A stretch of DNA of 64,000 nucleotides from Planctomycetota bacterium. Its GTDB lineage: Bacteria > Planctomycetota > UBA1135 > GCA-002686595. The stretch lies in the NCBI GenBank assembly GCA_031413955.1, contig JANOGB010000024.1:709-64708 (forward strand), in the 5' to 3' direction. The first letter of the stretch is position 1, and each line of letters opens with the position of its first letter. Position numbers and translations under genes: made by a program. Shown here in pieces: positions 63,094 through 64,000 of the stretch. The notes under the pieces are model-generated. The model was not told the origin of the DNA. It made no database searches and saw only the letters and a list, made by a program, of their open reading frames with translations.

Positions 63094-63545
63094 GCGGCCT
63101 CCCGGCTGGCCGGGATCGCGGACGCGTCGGATCCCCGCAGCGGCTCGGTGACACGATTGAGGAGCTCGCAGAAGTCCTGCAGCTCGTCGTCCTTGCGGAT
63201 CCGGCAGGGCGCGGGCCGTTCTCCGCCGGCAAGTTGATTCAGATACACGCGGAAGCGATACAGCGGCCCCACGATCTTGTGGGTCGAGGCGATGCCTACC
63301 GCTAGCGTGAGCGGGGTGAGCAGCAGCAGGGTGAAGGTCAGACTGCTCGCGAGGAGCCCGAGCAGCTCGGCCTTGAGCGCGATCCCGTCGTTCGGAAGGC
63401 GATCGGCCACACGCAGCAGGAGATAGCTGACGACCAGCGCCTGCACCAGCAACGCCAGCGCCGTGGTCGAGAGGAAGAGCAGCAAGAACCGCTGCTGGAT
63501 GCGCGGCTCGATCAGCTTCTTCTTGCGCCGTTCCGGGGTGCTCAT
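63090..63545 (-). CDS. small two-TM membrane protein with HAMP-like cytoplasmic segment
   Basis: Two hydrophobic helices, then THKIVGPLYRFRVYLNQLAGGE...IRKDDELQDFCELLNRV (HAMP-like amphipathic pair). Confidence 0.6.
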   Translation of the reverse strand: MSTPERRKKKLIEPRIQQRFLLLFLSTTALALLVQALVVSYLLLRVADRLPNDGIALKAELLGLLASSLTFTLLLLTPLTLAVGIASTHKIVGPLYRFRVYLNQLAGGERPAPCRIRKDDELQDFCELLNRVTEPLRGSDASAIPASREAA

Positions 63546-64000
63546 GCGTCCTGGGTGCGGTTCGTCGACCGGGGTCGAGCCTTTCTTGAGGGGTCGCGGA
63601 GAATCGCGGTCTCCTCGCCCGCGGCCAGGCCGGGCGCCGTCAGGCCGAGGGCTTCGAGCGCCTGCCGCGCGGCCCGCGCCACGGATTCGTCCGCGTCATC
63701 CAGGGCCAGGACCAGGCCCGGCGCCGCCGCGCTCGAGCCGATGCGCGCCAGGGCCGTGCAGGCGAGACGCCGCACCAGCGGGTCCGCATGCTCCAGGCCC
63801 GTCAGCGCCGCGAGCGCGAGCTCGTGCCGGCGCCAGCGGTGGCAGCTGAGCTCCGCCAGCGCGCGAATCGCGACCTCCGCGGCGCGGGCGTGGAGCTCGG
63901 CCCGCAGGCGTGGACCGTTCTGCTCGAGCCAGGCTCGCTCGGCGCGCAGCCACGCGCGCCAGCGCTTCCCGTCGGCTCGGAAGCGCAGGCCGGTGCTGTG
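63542..64000 (-). CDS. HEAT-repeat protein (5' end outside window)
   Basis: My translation of the minus strand from the window edge is open: ...LTGLEHADPLVRRLACTALARIGSSAAAPGLVLALDDADESVARAARQALEAL. The ORF track lists only the last 77 aa because no start codon lies inside the window. Confidence 0.6.
   Translation of the reverse strand, partial: HSTGLRFRADGKRWRAWLRAERAWLEQNGPRLRAELHARAAEVAIRALAELSCHRWRRHELALAALTGLEHADPLVRRLACTALARIGSSAAAPGLVLALDDADESVARAARQALEALGLTAPGLAAGEETAILRDPSRKARPRSTNRTQDA

Overview
This is a very GC-rich bacterial chromosomal segment; third codon positions are almost all G/C. That composition produces many long spurious antisense ORFs in the six-frame track. The organism looks Gram-negative (lptF/lptG, a GT9 heptosyltransferase, two WaaP/Kdo-type kinase-like genes). 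It is rich in sigma-54, ECF sigma, Ser/Thr kinase, TPR and HEAT proteins. I support about 50 protein-coding genes.

Positions 1-19.5 kb are a mostly minus-strand housekeeping run: metallophosphoesterase, priA, a small mazG-like gene, a HAMP-PP2C phosphatase, pgpA, pgsA, rimO, ftsK plus a motorless ftsK-like paralog, coaC/coaB, gmk, yicC, secG, tpiA and a DAHP synthase. Positions 19.5-23.6 kb carry a plus-strand HD hydrolase, a CarboxypepD_reg protein, a cysteine desulfurase and thiI. Positions 24-50 kb mix envelope/LPS genes (GT-C-like membrane protein, galK, GT2, epimerase, sensor kinase, GT9, lptFG, WaaP-like kinases) with pcrA/uvrD, a core-only sigma-54 activator, an aminotransferase and several hypothetical secreted proteins.

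Positions 50.6-59.4 kb are the least ordinary part. They hold a 166-bp element bounded by inverted repeats, then a large Ig/beta-helix/repeat lipoprotein. Next comes an ECF sigma factor fused in one ORF to a TM segment and four CarboxypepD_reg-like repeats. Last is a Ser/Thr kinase with two RDD membrane modules and an internal pseudokinase-like domain. Positions 60.5-64 kb are a minus-strand pseudopilin operon (HEAT, HAMP-like membrane protein, two prepilin-type proteins, one PilX-like protein) that runs off the window.

I found no rRNA, tRNA, CRISPR array, transposase or integrase. Non-coding structure includes two families of long palindromic intergenic repeats, one MITE-like element with an 11-bp direct duplication, a decayed internal copy of priA, and a candidate sigma-54 promoter.

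Caveat: three conserved genes (tpiA, coaBC, a DUF3108-like gene) are broken exactly at C4/C5 homopolymers. Homopolymer-length errors in the assembly are therefore plausible and affect how all frame anomalies should be read.
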